Of a stretch of DNA of 64,000 nucleotides, positions 60,294-64,000 are shown in pieces; position 1 is the stretch's first letter; each line of letters opens with the position of its first letter. The position numbers and the translations under genes were made by a program. The notes under the pieces are model-generated. The model worked only from the letters and a program-made list of their open reading frames with translations, ran no database searches and was not told where the DNA came from. Source of the stretch: an uncultured Acidobacteriaceae bacterium (lineage in GTDB: Bacteria > Acidobacteriota > Terriglobia > Terriglobales > Acidobacteriaceae); NCBI GenBank assembly GCA_963773965.1, contig CAVZDG010000010.1, positions 50,693 through 114,692 on the forward strand. Direction: 5' to 3'.

Positions 60294-61361
60294 ATGTTTC
60301 GTGCAGCTTTACGAGGAGTCCAGTTCTGCCTGCTGATGGCAGCCATGCCGGGCATGAGTTCGGCGCAATCGTTCGTACTCGATCTGCCTCTGCAAAGCCA
60401 GCGGGCGCAGGTTTCACAACGCATCGGCATCACCGACATTACGATCAACTATCACCGGCCGCTGGTAAATGATCGCAAGGTTTGGGATGCCCTCGTTCCC
60501 TACGGCAAGGTGTGGCGTGCGGGAGCGAATATCAACACGACGATCACCTTCAGCGATCCGGTCCAGATCGAAGGCAAGCCGCTCGACAAGGGGACTTACG
60601 GGCTGCACATGATCCCGAACGCCGACGAGTGGACGATTATTTTTTCGAAGAACTCGACTTCCTGGGGATCCTTCAGCTACGAGGAAAAAGAAGATGCGCT
60701 GCGCGTGACGGTGAAACCCAAGGCCGCGGACATGCACAACGCGCTGACCTACGACTTCGACGACCTGCAGAAGGATTCAGCGGTGGTCGAACTGGAGTGG
60801 GAAAAGATCGCGGTTCCGTTTAAGGTCTCGGTCGATGTGCACGATGTGGTGCAGGCCAGCCTGAAGAAACAGCTTCGTAACCTTTCCCAATATACGTGGA
60901 TGAGCTGGGACAACGCGGCCAATTACCTGCTCGCGGAAAAGGTCAGCCTCGATGACGCTCTTACGTATGCCAACAAATCCATCGACAATGAAGACCGCTA
61001 TGACAATGAGATGACGAAGTCGAAAGTCCTGGCGGCGCTCAGTCGCAAGGACGAGGCGGCAAGCGCAGAAAAGAAGGCCTTGGGACTTGCCGGCCCGCAA
61101 GAACTCCATCAATATGCTCGACAGTTGCTGGGTGAAAAGCGCAACGAGGAAGCGTACGCGGTCTTCCGCGAAAATGCCAAGAAACATCCCGATCAGTGGG
61201 TCGTGCATGCTGGACTGGCTCGGATGTATAGCGCGCAGAGCAAGTTCGACGATGCGGTGAAGGAAATGAAGCTGGCGATGGCAGGATCTCCCGACGACCA
61301 GAAGAGCTATGTGGAAGGCTTGGTGAAGCGGCTGGAGGCGAAGCAGGACATCAATCAGTAG
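60294..61361 (+). CDS. DUF2911 domain protein with a C-terminal TPR-like helical region, secreted
   Basis: Signal peptide ending SSAQ. ITINYHRPLVNDRKVWDALVPYGKVWRAGAN...GTYGLHMIP...WTIIFSKN is typical of DUF2911. AGGAGG lies 7 nt upstream. Confidence 0.8.
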   Translation: MFRAALRGVQFCLLMAAMPGMSSAQSFVLDLPLQSQRAQVSQRIGITDITINYHRPLVNDRKVWDALVPYGKVWRAGANINTTITFSDPVQIEGKPLDKGTYGLHMIPNADEWTIIFSKNSTSWGSFSYEEKEDALRVTVKPKAADMHNALTYDFDDLQKDSAVVELEWEKIAVPFKVSVDVHDVVQASLKKQLRNLSQYTWMSWDNAANYLLAEKVSLDDALTYANKSIDNEDRYDNEMTKSKVLAALSRKDEAASAEKKALGLAGPQELHQYARQLLGEKRNEEAYAVFRENAKKHPDQWVVHAGLARMYSAQSKFDDAVKEMKLAMAGSPDDQKSYVEGLVKRLEAKQDINQ

Positions 61362-61451
61362 CTCGTCTCAGGTTGCCGGTGTTCGACGATTAACGGAAGC
61401 GTTGCTGCGGCTGGGCTGCGGGTTCGGTAACGAATCGGCAGCCCTTGCCAT

Positions 61452-61847
61452 TTATGACAGGCGCGCAATGCCTGGGAACACGTCAAACCCAGAATCAAAG
61501 GTCAAGATGCGCTCGATCCCATGGTGTTCCATGACAGCGAGATGAAGGGCACCACGTGCCGACAGCTGACGATATCCTAAGACAATTTGCTTCGCACGTT
61601 CGGCAATTGCCAGATCAATAGTCAGCACCTGATCGACGATGCCGAGCAACGCATCGAAGGCTGGCTGGATGGCGTCGCGGCGGTTGATGGCGACGTAGCG
61701 ATGCAATATCTCCTGCAGCACTTCGGCGTCCGTAACCAGACGCTGGCGCTCGCTGACAACCTTTTCGAGTAAACGTAGAGTATCGCTCTTCTGAGGATGG
61801 GATGCGCCGACCAAATACATCGGAATGTTGGAGTCGACGAGAATCAC
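61452..61847 (-). CDS. vapC: Type II toxin VapC (PIN domain)
   Basis: [12 protein letters not shown]...[12 protein letters not shown]...[26 protein letters not shown]. The start overlaps the antitoxin stop. Confidence 0.85.
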   Translation of the reverse strand: MILVDSNIPMYLVGASHPQKSDTLRLLEKVVSERQRLVTDAEVLQEILHRYVAINRRDAIQPAFDALLGIVDQVLTIDLAIAERAKQIVLGYRQLSARGALHLAVMEHHGIERILTFDSGFDVFPGIARLS

Positions 61848-62101
61848 TGTTGCGCGTCCGTGAGATATCCTTTTTCAATCTCCGCCAACATGCCGCCGAT
61901 GTCACTCACGGGATATTCGTGTCGCGCAGCGGCGCGGATGACTTCGAGTTTCTTGCCGATGCCACCGAGAGGCTCGCGGCGCCGCGCCATCTCGAGTGCC
62001 TGCCGGACCCATTCCGCGATGGACATGTGACGCGACCGCGCCATAAGCTGGATTTCCTGATAGTCAGGATCCTGTACGATTACCTGCAGTCGTTTAGCCA
62101 T
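61844..62101 (-). CDS. Type II antitoxin VapB (ribbon-helix-helix)
   Basis: [35 protein letters not shown] is RHH-like. Confidence 0.8.
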   Translation of the reverse strand: MAKRLQVIVQDPDYQEIQLMARSRHMSIAEWVRQALEMARRREPLGGIGKKLEVIRAAARHEYPVSDIGGMLAEIEKGYLTDAQQ

Positions 62102-62107
62102 AAGATG

Positions 62108-62136
62108 AGTATATTCGACTCATCATATGTAGTCAA
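62108..62136 (-). promoter_or_regulatory. Sigma-70 promoter positioned for a leaderless VapB mRNA, with an overlapping inverted repeat
   Basis: The minus strand reads TTGACT (62136-31), 17-nt spacer, TATACT (62113-08), 6 nt, then the ATG (62101). The inverted repeat gatgagt/actcatc spans the -10. Confidence 0.6.
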
Positions 62137-62224
62137 TATCTTCTAAATAACAGATTCAATTCCATTTATGTACTTTGTTAAAACGAATCTAGTCGCCATT
62201 AGCGCGGGTGGACTTCGATGCGGC

Positions 62225-63094
62225 CTAGTTTTTCGCCACCTCTGGGTACTCAAACACGCCCCGCCCCGACTTGCGGCCGAGCCTTCCGGCTTTCACATAT
62301 TGCGCCAGCAGCGGGCATGGGCGGAATTTTTCGCCCAGGGTTTTGTGCAGGTATTCGAGGATGTGGAGGCGGGTGTCGAGGCCGACCAGATCCACGAGTT
62401 CGAACGGTCCCATGGGATGATTCAGGCCGAGCTTGAGCGCCTTGTCGATGTCTTCGGCGCTGGCGATGCCTTCCTGGAGCATGTAGAAAGCTTCATTGCC
62501 AATCATGGCGTTGATGCGGCTGGTGATGAAGCCGGGCGCCTCTTTGATCACTACAACTTCCTTGCGCATGCGCTTGCCAACTTCGACGACGGCGGCCAGC
62601 GTGTCGTCATCGGTTTCTAGCGCGCGCACGATTTCGAGCAGCTTCATCTTGTGCACGGGATTGAAGAAGTGCATGCCGACGCACTTTTTCGCGCGATAGG
62701 TAACGCTGGCGATCTCGGTGACGCTGAGCGAGGAAGTGTTCGAGGCGAGAATCGTGGTGGGACGACAGATCTTGTCGAGCATGGTGAAGATTTCGATCTT
62801 CGACTCCATTTCCTCGGGAACGGCCTCGATGACGAGATCGGCCTCGCGCGCGGCTTGATCGATCGAGCCGGCATACTCCAGCCGGGAAAAAGCTGCGTCG
62901 GCGTCGGCGGCATCGACCCTTCCGAGTTCAACAGCTTTGTCGAGATTGGCGCGGATTTCCGTCTCAGCCTTGCGCAACGCATTCGGAAGAAGGTCTTCGA
63001 GAATGGTGCGATAGCCGCCGAGAGCGGCAGCATGCGCGATGCCCCGGCCCATGATGCCGGCGCCGATCACGGCAACCGTGCGGACTTCAGTCAC
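62225..63094 (-). CDS. hbd: 3-hydroxybutyryl-CoA / 3-hydroxyacyl-CoA dehydrogenase
   Basis: VAVIGAGIMGRGIAHAAA, NTSSLSVTEIA, HFFNPVHKMKLLEIV, GFITSRI. GTG start overlapping the upstream stop. Confidence 0.92.
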   Translation of the reverse strand: MTEVRTVAVIGAGIMGRGIAHAAALGGYRTILEDLLPNALRKAETEIRANLDKAVELGRVDAADADAAFSRLEYAGSIDQAAREADLVIEAVPEEMESKIEIFTMLDKICRPTTILASNTSSLSVTEIASVTYRAKKCVGMHFFNPVHKMKLLEIVRALETDDDTLAAVVEVGKRMRKEVVVIKEAPGFITSRINAMIGNEAFYMLQEGIASAEDIDKALKLGLNHPMGPFELVDLVGLDTRLHILEYLHKTLGEKFRPCPLLAQYVKAGRLGRKSGRGVFEYPEVAKN

Positions 63095-63282
63095 TCTTTG
63101 CCCGCCTGCTCGAGGTGCTGAACCACGCTCTCATAGCTTGGTTCGGACTTGCGGATATATTCGCCAAGGCGGGCGCACTCCTCGTTGGTCATGGCCGGGA
63201 TGCTGGCGCTGATGCGGCGCAGGGTGGTGGCGATGTCGTCGATGTAATTCATGAGGCGGATAAGTTCTCCAGTTGCGGGCAT
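63091..63282 (-). CDS. Small hypothetical protein (63 aa)
   Basis: ATG preceded by AAGGAG. Translationally coupled (GTGA) to hbd. No family recognised. Confidence 0.45.
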   Translation of the reverse strand: MPATGELIRLMNYIDDIATTLRRISASIPAMTNEECARLGEYIRKSEPSYESVVQHLEQAGKE

Positions 63283-63498
63283 GAAGGCTCCTTGCGTTTT
63301 CTCTGGCGCGCCGGCGGAATCGCAACCGGCCGCTGCGAGCCAGGGAACACTATTCATTGTTCAACAGGCGGGCGGATTTAGCAAAGGCGGTCTGTGATCA
63401 ATTGGGCGTACTGGGGAGAATCCGCAGTGGATAGCTCCTCGCCCAATTAGAGTCCTCCAAATGGGCGGTAAAGCAAAGCAATAGACGATAATAGGCCC

Positions 63499-63981
63499 AT
63501 GCTGCGCGACCCGAGTCTGATCCCGCTTTCGCGGCAACACCAGCACGCGCTGGCGCTCTGTGTGCGACTGGAGCGGGCGTTGCAAACCGGCGCCGTGGAT
63601 CTGGGTGTGTGGCAACTGGAAGCGCGCCAGCATTATGCGAACGAACTTCGATTCCATTTCGCAGCGGAAGAAAAGGTTTTGTTTCCCGCCGCGCTGCGTT
63701 TTCCGGAACTCGCCGCGCTCGTGGAAGACCTCAGCGGCGAACACCAGCGATTGCGGGAGTACTTTGCCCACGCCGGGCGGGGCACTGCGACTCAAGGCGA
63801 ACTGGAAACGTTCGTGAAGTTGCTCTCCTCACACATCCGCAAGGAAGAGCAACAACTGTTCGAGGCCGTGCAGAAGCGGATGCGGCCGGAAGAATTAAAG
63901 TCGCTGGGCGACGAATTGGCGCGTGCGCTGGAGGATGCGGTGCAAGCCTGCCGGCTGGGCGCAGGCGAGGAGAATTTGTGA
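63499..63981 (+). CDS. Hemerythrin HHE cation-binding domain protein
   Basis: SRQHQHAL...HFAAEEKVLFP...GEHQRL...HIRKEEQQLF gives the His/Glu ligand spacing of hemerythrin-like domains. Confidence 0.8.
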   Translation: MLRDPSLIPLSRQHQHALALCVRLERALQTGAVDLGVWQLEARQHYANELRFHFAAEEKVLFPAALRFPELAALVEDLSGEHQRLREYFAHAGRGTATQGELETFVKLLSSHIRKEEQQLFEAVQKRMRPEELKSLGDELARALEDAVQACRLGAGEENL

Positions 63982-64000
63982 GACCAGTTCCAATGCAATG

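Overview
GC-rich bacterial chromosomal window. The gene content suggests Acidobacteriota, for example three secreted VWA proteins of the acidobacterial type and dense two-component signalling, but this lineage call is an inference. About 60 protein genes are supported. They include a housekeeping block (infC-rpmI-rplT-pheS-pheT, glgC, lgt, zapA, an RluA-family pseudouridine synthase, an ABC-F ATPase and hbd). A six-gene co-directional phosphorelay array is followed by a triple-PilZ protein, and there is a second NtrC-type two-component pair. Other content: an OmpA-family protein, a BNR-repeat protein, an mglA gene with no adjacent mglB, two MacB-type permeases and four type II toxin-antitoxin modules. 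No tRNA, rRNA, CRISPR array or prophage was seen. The non-coding sequence is the unusual part. (i) One REP-associated tyrosine transposase (RAYT) gene is flanked by inverted REPs, and a different and more abundant REP/REPIN family sits at 11 loci, some inside coding sequence. (ii) Very long intergenic hairpins (24-30 bp stems) are built from 7-nt-periodic tandem repeats, each with its own sequence. (iii) A promoter-to-terminator ~200-nt structured RNA candidate lies just downstream of zapA, where 6S RNA lies in Proteobacteria. (iv) Single-nucleotide frameshifts cluster in otherwise conserved genes, including lgt. I cannot tell sequencing or assembly indels from real decay using sequence alone. 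I found no clearly novel multi-gene defence or biosynthetic system. The observations most worth following up are the repeat and hairpin architecture, the sRNA candidate and the signalling/PilZ and VWA/MglA neighbourhoods.
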